Source of the DNA: Priapulus caudatus
Taxonomy: Eukaryota
NCBI RefSeq assembly: GCF_000485595.1
Contig: NW_014577072.1
Span: 333,829 to 353,828, forward strand
Length of the DNA stretch: 20,000 bases
Direction of reading: 5' to 3'
Position numbers and translations under genes: made by a program. Shown here one piece after another: positions 1-13,300 of the stretch. Every line of letters begins with the position of its first letter. Position 1 is the first letter of the stretch. The notes under the pieces were generated by a model, which made no database searches, had not been told where the DNA came from, and saw only the letters and a program-made list of their open reading frames with translations.

Positions 1-672
1 AGGCGCAGACGCACGTGTGTTGTCAGACAGCGACCGTCTTGCAGCCTGCGAGAAGATGCTGCTGCTAGGAGCTTAATCGAATCAATACGAGAAAAACAAA
101 TGGAAGCTGCAAATGAGGTGATGGAGGAGAGCGCGTCCGCAGCCGCATTAGTGGCTCTAACGATGATCAGGTCGGTTGACCGTAATGATGCACTTTTTAT
201 CTACTGGCTTCATCCTGCTAATGACGCTAACTTGATGAATTCCAGAAGATTGCAGCCTCTCAAAGTCGTTCAAATATTTATGGCGGGCTGATCAGAAAGT
301 GCTCCTTCCATTTGGCAAGTTGATTGAAGTGGCGTGTTTTTCAGCGCCAAATTGAAGATCAAATGCTTGACCAAATATGTCAGCCTCACTTGCCTCAAAA
401 TATCTCCAATATTTCACTAGTGGTGGCGACACGAGGAAAGGCTAAGGCAGCAGAATTCTCATATTCGGAAATTACGAGCAATCTCTCTCTTACAAAACTG
501 TGGATACAAATTTAGGAGGGCATGGGAATAATCATCTTTCTCTTTCGATCCCGCTATCCCCTTGCCCCACTCCTCATTCGCCCTGGACATACCTTCTTAC
601 TACTTTCCCTCTCACATCTACCCAGCTCTCTATCTCTGATTCCCCTCTTTCCTCCCTCGGTACATATCTATT

Positions 673-683
673 TCTCTCTCTCC

Positions 684-752
<69 letters not shown>

Positions 753-843
753 CGTCTCTCTCTCTCGTCGTCGTCTCTCCTCTCGTCTACTCTACGTACG
801 TCGTACGTACTACGTACGTACCGTACGAGTACGNNNNNNNNNN

Positions 844-908
<65 letters not shown>
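673..908. repeat. (CT)n microsatellite interrupted by an assembly gap
   Basis: Long CT runs on both sides of N 834-843, with degenerate TACG-type sequence before the gap. Confidence 0.95.
834..843. other. Assembly gap (10 N)
   Basis: Run of n. Confidence 1.
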
Positions 909-911
<3 letters not shown>

Positions 912-2129
912 ATGGAATGAAGGAATGATGTGAGCGATTACGAGGACGTGTGAAGATATCAGCGCAGAGCACTTGGCTCACACATCAATCAGTCAATGAC
1001 TAGTCAACTGTGCACAACCTGCTAGGCGGATTAATCTATTCAAACACAAAACAAAAACGAACGCAATAACGATTTATAGCATGCTCGCTGTCATATGTTT
1101 TCAAACGCTTAACGTCATATGACCAAAAAGAAAGCAATGCTGAATTTATGCTCAATGCACGGATTCAAGTCGCTCCCGCAGCTCTTGCATAATAACAATG
1201 TGTTTTTTTTGTATCTGAAGTACACATCAGATAATTCTTTGCCTCAATCACTGTCTTTGTTTACCAGGTTTCTTATCATCCTTCCTTGCCCCCTGGCAAT
1301 ATCAATAGCTCTTTCAGGTCATCGCTTTTGCTTCAATGCAATTTTTATGAGCAAGGTCTGCGTCGTGACGAAGCATTAGTGGTGGGCCTAGATAGTATTG
1401 CTTGGTAAACTTTACGCGAGGCAGCAGCTACAATGAAAAGCATTGAAATAGCTTGCGAAAAACGCGACAACGGACGACTTCCTTTTAACCATCTTTCCGC
1501 ATTAGCATGTTCATTGGACTAACGGAACACAGATATAGCGCGTGAACACAAAAGTGGCAACTGAGACTGATTTACATTTACTGAGCAATAGCCTCATCGT
1601 TCACGCACCTGCACAACACAAGGAGTCAATCTTTATAGATCCATCTATTATGATGCACTAGTTTCTGAAAGCACGTCAATAAGCATACGATAATAAAAAT
1701 ATATCACCTGCTATGTCCTATGCTAAAAAGAATCAAGGATTTGCGATACAAGTAGCGTAAATAGTGCGATATAGTAGGAAAGTTAGTTCTAATTAAGCGA
1801 ATACAACCAAAAGACACACTATTAGATGACGTGTAATATTTCAGCCGGATTATTCGGAATATCTGTAAGCCCTTCAGGTCCTAAGCGCAGCAATGCACAA
1901 TTCACTTGAGACATGATCATCAACAGTTTTTCCAGTTATGTGCTGCGTACGTGAGAGCGAAAATGATCGAAGTGCTTTCGCATTGATTTGTTGGCAGTTG
2001 AATACGCTTTATTCCTATAATACTTCTAGGGCTTTATGCTTTGAGATAACATTCTTCTTCTTACACATTTATGTTTTCTCGCGCGCGATATTTAGAAACT
2101 TACGCACGAATTATTTTCTGGTATTATCC

Positions 2130-2285
2130 AGACAGACAGATAACTAGCGAGCTACAGCTAGATAAATAAATACATTCATAGATAGATGGATTGATGGACG
2201 GACCGACGTAAAGAAAGAAAGACAGACAGACAGGTAGATAGACAGATGAAAAGATAGGTAGATAGATGAACAAATAGATTGATAG
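2130..2285. repeat. Degenerate (GATA/GACA/GATG)n microsatellite
   Basis: agacagacag, tagatagatg, gatagacag units. Confidence 0.8.
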
Positions 2286-5200
2286 GCGTTTTTAATGTTA
2301 AATTTCAATAAAATTTCACTAGTGTATTTATTATGCTGTGATTGCGTCTTCTACCAAGTAAATTCACATTACAAATCACAACATCACAGATATAGTGAGA
2401 TCACACTACCGGAAATGCAGTGCTGAGTTGTATATTTACTTTTTAGAATTTCAACTATCAATATTTCAAAACACAATTATTAATTATCAATAAAAACATC
2501 TTCTGTCCCTTGAGTATGCTCAAGTTTTGAACACGTACTTGTAATCAATGTCATGAAATATTCACTCTCTAATGCAACATTAAATATCTATGCTCTACCT
2601 GCTACCAGTAACATGTAACCCAACTTTCATGGGGAGTAAATCGTATTCAACAGCTTCATTAACATTTTTACTGGTCACTTTCCAGTAACCGTATATCCAT
2701 TGAGATTTGAAACAGGTTATAAACGATGAATGAATATATGATAGAAATATGTATGAAACTTGCCGACCATGATCGGACTGGCATCAAGAAATAAATTTGT
2801 CGTTAATAACTTTGGTGTCGCTAATACTTTTGGAACTATTTATGGACAATGACAGTGTGACATCACCCAGAATGTGCTCATGCGCGCGCTGGTGCGTGTA
2901 GAAAATGATCTGGTTCATATGGGTAGTATGATGTAGTTTAAGCATCCTATCTCAACATTCTGCCATGCTGGTGGCTATATGCAATGATGTCACCAATCAT
3001 TTCTACGAAATTAAAAATTACAAAACAAATGATGCTATGTATTATTACGTGATAATGTCACGTTACTTTCACACATGCAACACGACTTTTTAGCAGACCA
3101 TGTGTAAAGTGGGTGTCTGTAAGCATGCACACACGCGCGCGCGCACGCACGCACATATAAACCCTGACATCCGTCGAGAAGCCGAAACTGCGATTTTGAC
3201 CAAAGATGCGGAGACAATGGAAATGAAACTATTCATGTAGATGAATACCTGTAGTTTACCTACTCTGGTGATCCAAAATATTGTGCGATGACTAGCGTAC
3301 TTACGTCTACACCCGATGTACGCCACATATTAATGTGACATGCATATATCCGAATCTTAGATGACACGTGTAATATGCATTGAACAATACAATGAGCATT
3401 CGTATCACATATATCATAAGTAAACAATCTAAAATTTGAGACTATTTACTCCTGGACGTAGATTTACAATAGGAAAGCTTATGTTTTCCGAATCATTTTC
3501 GTTAACAGGCTATAACGTAACCCAAAAGCGTTTCAATGGCCAAGTTGCACAGCATCAATCGGTGACACAATTTCAATACTCCTATTCATTTCATTGCAAT
3601 TATAGCCCACTATACAATTCATGCAAACACTCACCTGTCAACCAGTGTATCGGATTTTTGGCTGAACATGGTGCATGTGAGATGTCTTGGCGGTACGGCA
3701 AGAACGATAGAACGTTAACGTAGCGTAGTTACTGGACCTTCACTCGGCCGTCTCTTCAGGATCAGCAACGCGCGGTTCTCTCTACACGTGACTTTGTTCT
3801 TCCAGCCGCCATAAGAGCGCTCATTCCGTCACTTACCAGACTCTCCCAGTGATTGGCGAAAGGTAATTAAATATTTTCATTTTCTTCGGCATGCCAGCGG
3901 GTTTTTTCGCCGCCAGCGGAACTTAATTAAATAATGAGGCGAGGTTGTAATCAGACGATTGTCTTCCGAGTCAGTCCTTTATGAAATATTCACACGAAGA
4001 TTCAGCAAAAAGCACTGATGTACGTCCGACTGCATCATTTATTGACGATACCGGGGAGTGTCCGGCGTGCTTCCTGTTGATTGAAGCCACGTTTTTTGTC
4101 ACCTTGACTTTGCTGCGTTTTTTCGCGGCGTTCCTTTAATCAACAAACTTCATACGACACTGCGATGACTATAGTATCACTATGTCATCCGACATAATCT
4201 CTTCACGGTTTCCGACGAGCTATTGTTTAGGCCAATTTCAATTTACATTTTTACATGTATCGGTCGATGTTCGGATGGGTGCAGGAACGGGCTGTCAATC
4301 ATGCGCGTATTTTGGATATAGCTAAGCAAATTGCTACTGTACATTGTAACGAGCAAAGGTTTTAACACGAATTTATTATACATTCTTAATAACGAATTAC
4401 TCAGCTACATGTATATCTGTGGGTTTCTTTGAAATGTGGCAAGTCCAGATTGTTTACTCTAAAGCCCGCTTTCTTTAATCGCATATACGTCATCGTAATC
4501 TATTCATAGAAAGGGCGCGAAGGCGCGCGAGTCTTTGTGTTTAACGCCTGTACACACAAGCCGAGCACGAGATCAAGCCAAATATGGGTGCGTCTCAATT
4601 ATCTGTGACCCGCGAGCATCAATAGACTCATCAGTGCGCTCTCGCGTTAATCTGCCGCGTAATTCAACAACAAAAGCACAATTTTCGCACGTAATGAATC
4701 TCTCGCGAAGATGCAGAGATACCGCATTAGCCGGCGGTGTATTTCGTAGTGCTTTTCTCACCTTTTCATCATCACTTCGAGGCAACTCTGATGACAGTAA
4801 CCGTGTATGTAATTTCCACTGTCCAGCAGGGGTGCACGCGAGAGCCTAATTGCTTTTGGCTAGGTGTGCAATTGTAAACAGAGTTGACGGTGCCTTAATT
4901 CTTCCCGTATACGAGCATCTGATAGCTACACCGAATCTATACGAACCTTGAACCTTGAGCCATGAAACTACCGGTTGTCTTCAATCATGTTCACAGTCAA
5001 GAAAATCACAATTAAAAGATCATCATGTAAGCTAAGCAATGTCTTTCTATGCAAATAGAAGATATATTTTATAGTGTTCATAAACTCACTCAACTACTAC
5101 GCGCAATAGCGATGACATTTTGTAATCATGAGTTGACGAAAAATTGTGCTTCGTTGGCGAATCCACTATAGATACGGTCACACATAAATCATGCCTCGAT

Positions 5201-5902
5201 AGTATACACGCAGCCAATGCATTGATCCTAGCATGTAAAAAATGCACGCTACACCTCCGAATACGCAACAGGGCAGACGCCACAAAGAAAAACTAATGCA
5301 AAGGCGATCTCCGAAAAATGAGCTGCAATTGGAAATCAATCGTCGAGCAGATGACACGGCAACGAGCAGATAAATTGTACAAAATTATCTGTGTTTTTCT
5401 CTCGGTTGACAGCCGCCACTAATGGATTGGCCACTGGTTGCCAGGCGACATGCGTCGTGTTGTAAATTACGTTTTCTGTCAACGTGCCAGTGACGTATGC
5501 ATACAAAAAGAACGTTTGTCTAGACGGATTTTATCAATACAATGTGTCAGTATCAATGCTTTGCCACCTAGCATCGGCAAAACCGGTGCCGGTTACAGTC
5601 ACATGGATATTGTCAGATATTCCGCACCAATCTAATTATATTATACCAAGAGCTAATAAACACCGTAACGTATAAAAATACGTAACTTTAGAGGGAAGCT
5701 TTTCAGATCTGGACCGTATGACATTTACCATCTATTTCAAATTGCATTTCTTTCAACACAACAACCTCATATACAACATACTAAATATAATTAAACATGT
5801 AAGTATAGTCGATTCTAGATAACGGCGTGCTCGTATAATTCAACGCAAATTTACGCACTATCTGCTGATTACTGCGATGACGTCACCGTAATTACCACTT
5901 AC

Positions 5903-6115
5903 CCGCCACGGCGAGGCTTCGCGCTTAGCTCCATCACACCTCCTCAACACACCGGCAAACGGACCAAACTGCTCGCCGCTGAATATCTTCGCGTTTGTCC
6001 ATATGCCGAGCCCGGCGGGCGAACAGTGCGCTTCACGACATTCTAGTCTCTTCGGCAGCTCCATCTGATCGGGTTTGCACACTGATAACTTTGACGTCAC
6101 CGCGGATACGGATGT
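5903..6115 (-). CDS. PRDM16: Internal coding exon of a PRDM3/16 (MECOM/PRDM16/hamlet)-like PR/SET zinc-finger transcription factor; N-terminal half of the PR domain
   Basis: Translation ...MELPKRLECREAHCSPAGLGIWTNAKIFSGEQFGPFAGVLRRCDGAKREASPWR matches the recalled MECOM/PRDM16 PR motif (ELRES..GAGLGIWT..KI..GE.FGP..G..R......W). It ends at a strong phase-0 donor CGG|GTAAGT (GT 5902-5901) one codon after the conserved Trp. The 5' boundary is uncertain: in-frame acceptors would start the exon at 6064, 6115 or 6189. Subfamily assignment is from memory, not a search. Confidence 0.8.
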
Positions 6116-7559
6116 CTGTTGACTCCACGCGACGAAAAAAGGCTGAGGCGTTCTCTCCGTGACGATGTGAGCCTCGTGAAAAAGCACTGCTGCAGCGAAT
6201 AGAACACACCCGAGTCTATTATATATACAGACTGCCGCGGTCGTTAACAAGTCAGATGCGATGACAACAACTATAGTGTTTTTTACCTGTTACTTATCTT
6301 ATAAAAACGCGAAATTCTTGCCGTTAATTTATTTCGCCCTTCTAAACTCAACGTGACACCGGGCCAGCATTTAATTGACCGTGATCTTCCATCGGCCTGA
6401 TCGATCATAAATTACATTCCCAGCTACATCGGCGCACACACTTATTCACCCAAATGTCAGCGCGCAAACATTGCAGGCCTATGCATAATGTAATGCGCGA
6501 GTATGCGGCGCAGTGGACGGTGGGGTAGAACGCTCCGATGTGGCCTCTGAAAGTCGACTACCTGTCTAATTGTGTTCGCATGACGCATCCAATTTTATCA
6601 CATTTGCATCACAAAGAGACAGCGTCGTAACCGTAGCGATGGCCGCCACCTGATAGCAACAGCTGAATTCAATGCCTCTCTTCCTTACTCAAACAAAATT
6701 CGTGAATGCCGAGCCGTTTTAAATTTTAAAGCATCGGGGGGAAGATAACACTGGTTGCATTCACGCCGCACTGAATTATAAATGTGATCACGTTATGAAT
6801 AGTGATGCTATCATTCTGCAGCGTTCCCTACGAGTAGCAAACTATTATGATGCGCGAAAGACAGAAGAGCTGCTCAATAATAGACAGCGGATCTCGGCTT
6901 TTATGCAGGCCCGAGGAAAATGCGCTGAGCAGCTCGCTCTCAACAAATAAAATATGGAAAAAATATAACTCGAGGAAACCTTTTCAGATCCTGCATCGAA
7001 GTTAGAGCTTGGTAAAGTATTACAGCAGATCATTAAAACCCTGACAACACGTGGTGATCACAACATCGTATTTGCCGTGTGTAAACGCTCGCCCGTATAG
7101 CTGTTTGAACGTGATATGCCTTCCATTGCATAGCTAACCCGTCACGCGCTGCTTGCGTTGACTAAAGATCAAAGATCGTTAAATATTAAAACAACGAATC
7201 TCTTCGAAATCAATCAAGGAGTAGTTAGCACCGGGTTCGAACACATACTGCACGGTTTATGCGGATAAAAAATTAATGAATATTCGACTTCCAAGTGTAA
7301 CTATAATTCCATACCACATATCAATTTGGACAATGCTTACACGCAATTATCTCAAATTTTCAGATTTTTCCCTGACTAGATACACTATTCGATGCCTTTC
7401 AAAAAGTAGGGTATACACAGCTGTATAGAAACCGCCAGTCTAGACACAGGCTAAGTCAATAGCTGTAGGATATTAAAGAAGATTTTGTGGGTGCACTCTG
7501 CCCACATATGAGCAGGGAAAGACACTTTGGCTTGCTAGCACGCAACGTAGCATGAGAAC

Positions 7560-7830
7560 GTATCTGTCGGGGCCGAGTGAGGCGAGGCGTAAGTGGTCAT
7601 CCGATGTCGATCCCACGGCGCGGCGTCGTCGCATCTCGAGCGATACCTATCGACAGTGCATCGTCCCCTCCCCCGCCGCGTCGATCGATCACCGATGAGA
7701 AAACGCTGCTCGTCGCGTAAAACGCAGCCCTTCCCCGCCACCCTCCCCCCTGCCGTCCGCGTCGCCGGTAACTTCCTGCAGTGACAGGTTTAGTCTGATC
7801 AATGCTGGCGCACTTGGCGGCGAGCGATGC
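7560..7830. promoter_or_regulatory. GC/CpG-rich island ~1.5 kb upstream of the PR exon; possible promoter or first exon
   Basis: High GC, many CpGs and GC-box-like ccccgcc tracts; no convincing ORF. Confidence 0.3.
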
Positions 7831-7832
7831 CG

Positions 7833-7863
<31 letters not shown>
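7831..7863. repeat. (CGTG)n microsatellite
   Basis: About 8 perfect CGTG units. Confidence 0.95.
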
Positions 7864-8415
7864 CTATAATGGGAGCTGCCACTATGCGTCGTTTCCTGAA
7901 AAACTGTTTTCGCTCAAACTCGCGGCTCGCGCGACACAATTAGCGAGCGTTTGCATAAACGGCAATGACAGGAAGTAGGAATCATTGCTTCCTTGGCGAC
8001 GGTGAGTCCATCGGCAGCGATGTAGACATATAGGCCCTCATATATTATATAGTCGTTGGGATCAACATATCGCGCCACTACAGCACCATGCAGCGCGGTG
8101 GCGCGTTCTCACGGACCCCGATTTTTCCCCAAACTCAAACTGATACCTGGATGCATGCGTAGGTGTAGTCAGTGCGCGAACACAAAGTAAGGATAGCGCG
8201 TCTAGACCATGTATATAGGGCATAACTGATTTCGAATGCAGCGCAGTGCGTGACGAATCTTTCCCCAGCCAATCGATTTTTATCATAACGATTGTCAGCA
8301 TCAACGTTACTGCGAAATACAAATTGTGCATTCTTTAACTATTCGTTACTACTATACAACCATCTATAACCCACGATATTCAATTACATATAATACATAT
8401 ATAATTCACACACCA

Positions 8416-8572
<157 letters not shown>

Positions 8573-8594
8573 ACTATATATAGTGTAGTGATTA

Positions 8595-8604
8595 NNNNNN
8601 NNNN
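8595..8604. other. Assembly gap (10 N)
   Basis: Run of n. Confidence 1.
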
Positions 8605-10250
8605 GTGCTGTCAACGTTTCCAAACTGTCAAACAACTCTGCCCGGACTCTAGCTTCGATCTCTTCTAGGCGATTTGTCACCCGCCGCACTGGCGCTCAAT
8701 AGGTGCTCCCCAACGGCCAATACTGCGAAGGTTTTCATTAATCTGGGAGAATACCCACATTATCTGCTGCTGTCACTTACGGCTGGCTGATCTGTGAGTA
8801 TGTTGACGCTATCATCGGTATGAGGAATCTGCAGAGAGGAAATGAGCTTGACGAGAGCGTGGATTTCAATAGAGTCTGTCAGCTAGGCGATCAGTTGTCT
8901 ATCGTCAAGTCTGCCATGGGAAACGATTAATGTTGTTTTGTGTCAGTACACGCTGATCTCTTAGGGATATAATGGGTGCGGTGGACTAGGACTAGTGCTA
9001 TAGATACTAGTACTGTTCGTTCCTCAGTCTGGTAACATACAAATGCCTGAATTGCAAAATGTAGATTGCATTTTGTTTATGATTGCATGACGATTATAGC
9101 TATAGTGACATATCGCCAATTTCCTACGCGTGAATTATAGGACCAGACTTTAAACTTTAGCATTGCATAACTGGCTCCTGCGCTATTTACACCCTTCCCG
9201 CCTAGTTTACATTCTATTTGAGAAAGCACAAAGAAAACCAACAGTATATACAAAGCCTCTAAACAAGTGGCGTCTCACACCCACATGTGCAAATTGTGTT
9301 CAAACAGTATAGTTTACTGAATGTCTTTGCCTTTCTCAGTTATCCAAACCTATCCATAATATTGGCATCCTGATCTGCAGTAACTTAGCCAGGCCGTGCA
9401 CAAACACAGGTTCGTACTAAGTCCTTGAAGAATAAGGTCAAGCCTGACGAGTAAAGTTCACTGATCCTGGGTTATGTAAGGTCCTGACAGACTTAGCAGC
9501 GAAGGCTAATTAATGTGGGCAGCGCCTTTGTGATCACTGAGCCAGAATTCAAAATACTTACCAGGAGAAAAGCACGAAGCTGCATCCATCCCGTTAGCAA
9601 ATATAGAAACTGCCTCTCGAACGACCATATAGACGTTCGAAGGCAACACATATATAGAACCACACACTCCACAGCTTCGATTTGTCTTAGTTGAAAGGAC
9701 AAGCCGTCCATTAATGCATAAACGACGCTTCCGCGTTCTACCCATGAATATGAACGGCTAGATCAGCCAAATCAGATTTGTGACTTGTATAACAGGAAAG
9801 ATATCCCGCTGTAATTTCTGAACACATAGGAAAGGGAATGGCGACGATATAATGAATCTAATCCAGCCACACAGGAAGACCACGTCATTCGTTGTAATAC
9901 CGGTAATATTTTTTTTATAACATATCGTCTCATGTCTCATAAACATGAAATCACATTAATGAGATTCGCTACTCATTTAATAGACGCGGCTTTTGCATTT
10001 ACTGATTATTTATATTTATCTACTGGTATGTTCGCCTACTAATCTGTCTATTTGTCTGCTTACCTGTCTGCTTTTCTGTCTGTCCGTATGTATGTATGTA
10101 TGTATGTCGGTCTGTCGGTCTGTCGGTCTGTCGGTCTGTCGGTCTGTCGGTCTGTCGGTCTGTCGGTCTGTCGGTTTGTCGGTCTGTCTATCTGTCTGCC
10201 TGCCATCCTGCCTGCTCGCTACCTACCTATTACCTATACCTACCTATCTC

Positions 10251-10266
<16 letters not shown>
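8605..10266 (+). repeat. Copy 1 of a ~1.66-kb near-identical direct duplication
   Basis: Matches 13608-15269 at offset 5003. Only one substitution was noticed (9777 T vs 14780 G). It starts right after the N gap and diverges inside a compound microsatellite. Confidence 0.95.

Positions 10267-10345
<79 letters not shown>
10040..10345. repeat. Compound microsatellite (TCTG/TATG/TCGGTCTG/CCTA/TCTA/CT/TA)
   Basis: Consecutive tetramer, octamer (gtcggtct) and dimer arrays. Confidence 0.95.
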
Positions 10346-13300
10346 AACACATATATGGAGTTTGCGATTTTCATGCAGATATACATACCTGTTGGTTTAC
10401 AATTCAACGTCAAGTGCGGATATATGCCTGTTTTCAGATCAATGCATTCAAATCCACCCGCGGTACAAATCCACACAAACAGGCATGCAGCCACGAAGGC
10501 AACGCAGCTATAGAACACGATTCACATCTACATATACATCGTCGTGATGGCACCGAGCAGGTTACGTTCACACAACCAGCATCTCCGCAGGTCAGACTAC
10601 AAATGACCCTTTAGGATGAGTTAACCTCCAGTAGATCGCCAAACCTAGCACCTTACGCGGGCACGGACACCTGCGGAGTGGCACAACACAACACAGATAG
10701 CCTGCGCCATTGTCTTACCTATCACTGATTAAACATCACATATTGAGTCTTGGCTAATCCGACAAGTGAGAAAGGACAGCCTGCAAGGAGAGCACGTAGG
10801 CAGCGAGAGGCCGGTGATGCTAATCCTATACGCACATGTGATGATGAAGCGCCCCTCCGACTACCCTCGCCCCCTATGTCATCTGAAATTGTTATGACTT
10901 AACCATGGAGTGTTAATTAGGACTCTACCTGTGTACACTACTGCAGCTCCCCAACTAGTGCAAATAACTGAAGATAAAGTGTTAATCCACTGGAGCCAGG
11001 ATATCAGTTAGCAAGACCAGACAGACTAGATCTGATTCTAAATATGTTGCGTTGATACGATGTACCTTGCAAAGGACCTTGCCCTGACAAAAGACAAAAG
11101 GCAGTAACACGGACAAACAATGTACCCGCAGCTCCTAGTTAATGCAGCCTAATGTATATCTAACGGGCCCTGACAATGCCCGCGAAATCTGCGACAATAT
11201 AAGAATTTTGACACAAGTCAACTATCTCTTAACACGAAAGAAAAATGTCAAAACACTTCATGTGCAAATTCTCTCTAAACGCTATTGTAGTAGGCCTACC
11301 TACTACGACAGTATTAAGAGAGAATTAATTGTTTATGAACGAATCTTCTCCCCAGCACGGATATCAAACTACTTGCTGCTAATGCAAAAGTAAAAATAAC
11401 CATTAACCATTCATCTATTTACCATGTAACCAATTATCGATCGAATATTTCCCTTAGGTTTTCGCTTATAGCATATCAGCTCTCTTGAAGCCAGCCAGCG
11501 TCATGCTCTAAGTTACGAGCCAGCATGGCACAGCTTTTCACTATCTCAGCAATCGTAGTGCAGTAAGAACGTAGACTACAGACTAGATACACAGTCGTCG
11601 CAAACATTTCCGACGGGGCCGCATTGGCACCAGTTTGTGCTCGGTTATCTATAGTCTATATGTGTATGGAATATACATTGTCTCTACTTCTCAGCACACT
11701 CGCACACATTGCAAGTATATAAGATTATTTACCCCCACCCCGTCTTTTTTCAGCGACTGATGGGGACCCGTCTCTTTACCTTCGTCGATAATTCATGTTC
11801 TCTGGCTGCAGTTTTGACAGATCCTGGCACCTCGTCTGCGACACCGGCCTTTGAAATATCACTGGAGATAACCGGCAGGTATACATCGCATGATAGTGAA
11901 ACGCATGGCTCTGTTTACACTACTCTTCACGGGGAATTACTAGCATTATTGAATGCCTCGCTGCATTACCGTGTGTGTGGCAAGAACAACAGTCGATGTT
12001 GCTTTACCTGTCTGACATGCGCAACGGATGCGTCCCCTAATATAACATCATGCGATGCCGATCCGAATATATTCTGATAACAGGTATGCCATTTTTTCAG
12101 CGTTGATTCTTTTCTTTCCAGTTCATTCAGCTTCAGAGCAGACCCAGGACCCTTCGTCGTCTTTCCTACTTTGTGTTTTTCATAGGAAAAGCGTTGTTAA
12201 TGCAATGAGCAGCAAATTAAAAATGTGTGATTAGTAAGCAGTGAATTACACTACTTCTGATGCAAGATTGGCACAGTGTTTTCTTTAGCATTGCTGAATA
12301 CATAATTATGTAAATTTGTGGTAATAATATAAAGATAATGTGAACGAATCGTGTTGCTTTCTCTATATTCTAGCAGTAAACCAAAAGTGTTCTATTTGTA
12401 AACCAATTTTCAATAAGAGTAACAGATATCGTCATCTACTATAGTTGGTTTTGAACTAGTAATATATGGCTGGTACGCGTCAAAGAGCAAATGAACTTAT
12501 AGCCTCGTAATTGGAAATTTAATTGCTCATTTTACGCATTTGCATAGGAAGTTGCTGGAAACCAATTTAATGGTGTCGATAACGAAAGAACATATATACG
12601 ATTCTAAAGAAATTTCCTCGGTTGTGCAAACCCACAGATCTCGACCCAACCGCTCTCTTGCAGCAGCTGAATAATTGAAGCCGTTTATCTTAAATATTCA
12701 CACTTGGACATACAAGGGCGCTTGTCTACTAATTGAAAGAGATTTTAAATATTAAGAATAAAGAAAGTTTTCATAATTAAGCCAATATAAAACATACATA
12801 ACTTTTAGATATGCAATATGGTATGATCGATAACACTAAATATTTAGCGAAACTTTAAAGCCCTCATTTTAATTATCAATTAAAAAAACTGATGTGGATT
12901 AACTATCGTAATGTCAGCATACATCAACCTCTTGTGATTAGTGAGTATAACTATACAGTGTATGATATACACTCTGTCAATAGTTCTTTCGAGAGCTATA
13001 CGTTTAAATAATTCCTGGACATTCTGCGATAAGTTTTAGATATGAGCTTATTATGATAGTTAAAAGCATTTTGTTTTGTTATGACACGCAATAAACAGAA
13101 TCCTTCCTGTCCGGCAACATGTCATCTGTGTTCTAATTGTTCACAGCAAGGGCATGAAGCGACTGATAAAAGCACGACTGGCAGTCTAGATGACTTGATG
13201 GACTAGATGGCTCTTAGCCAGTGATACTTCACGGCTCCTGATAATTGACCATTTACATGGGACGCCGGAGAAGCGGTGTGAAGCCGCCTGTGTGTGACAG

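Noticed and set aside
500..928. ORFs rich in LS/RE repeats
   Set aside because: Translations of the (CT)n microsatellite and the gap.
4535..5675. Short ORFs within the PRDM intron
   Set aside because: No recognisable domain and none continues the PR domain.
7210..7250. GGTTCGAAC B-box-like motif
   Set aside because: No cloverleaf or properly spaced A box, so not a tRNA.
9993..10614. SVCRSVGL-repeat ORFs (also 14996-15477)
   Set aside because: Translations of the 8-bp and 4-bp tandem arrays.
10838..10886. GTGATGA...CTGA C/D snoRNA-like pair (+)
   Set aside because: Only ~49 nt, no convincing C'/D' boxes, and opposite to the inferred transcript. No C/D pairs were found in the minus-strand introns, so a snoRNA-host model is unsupported.
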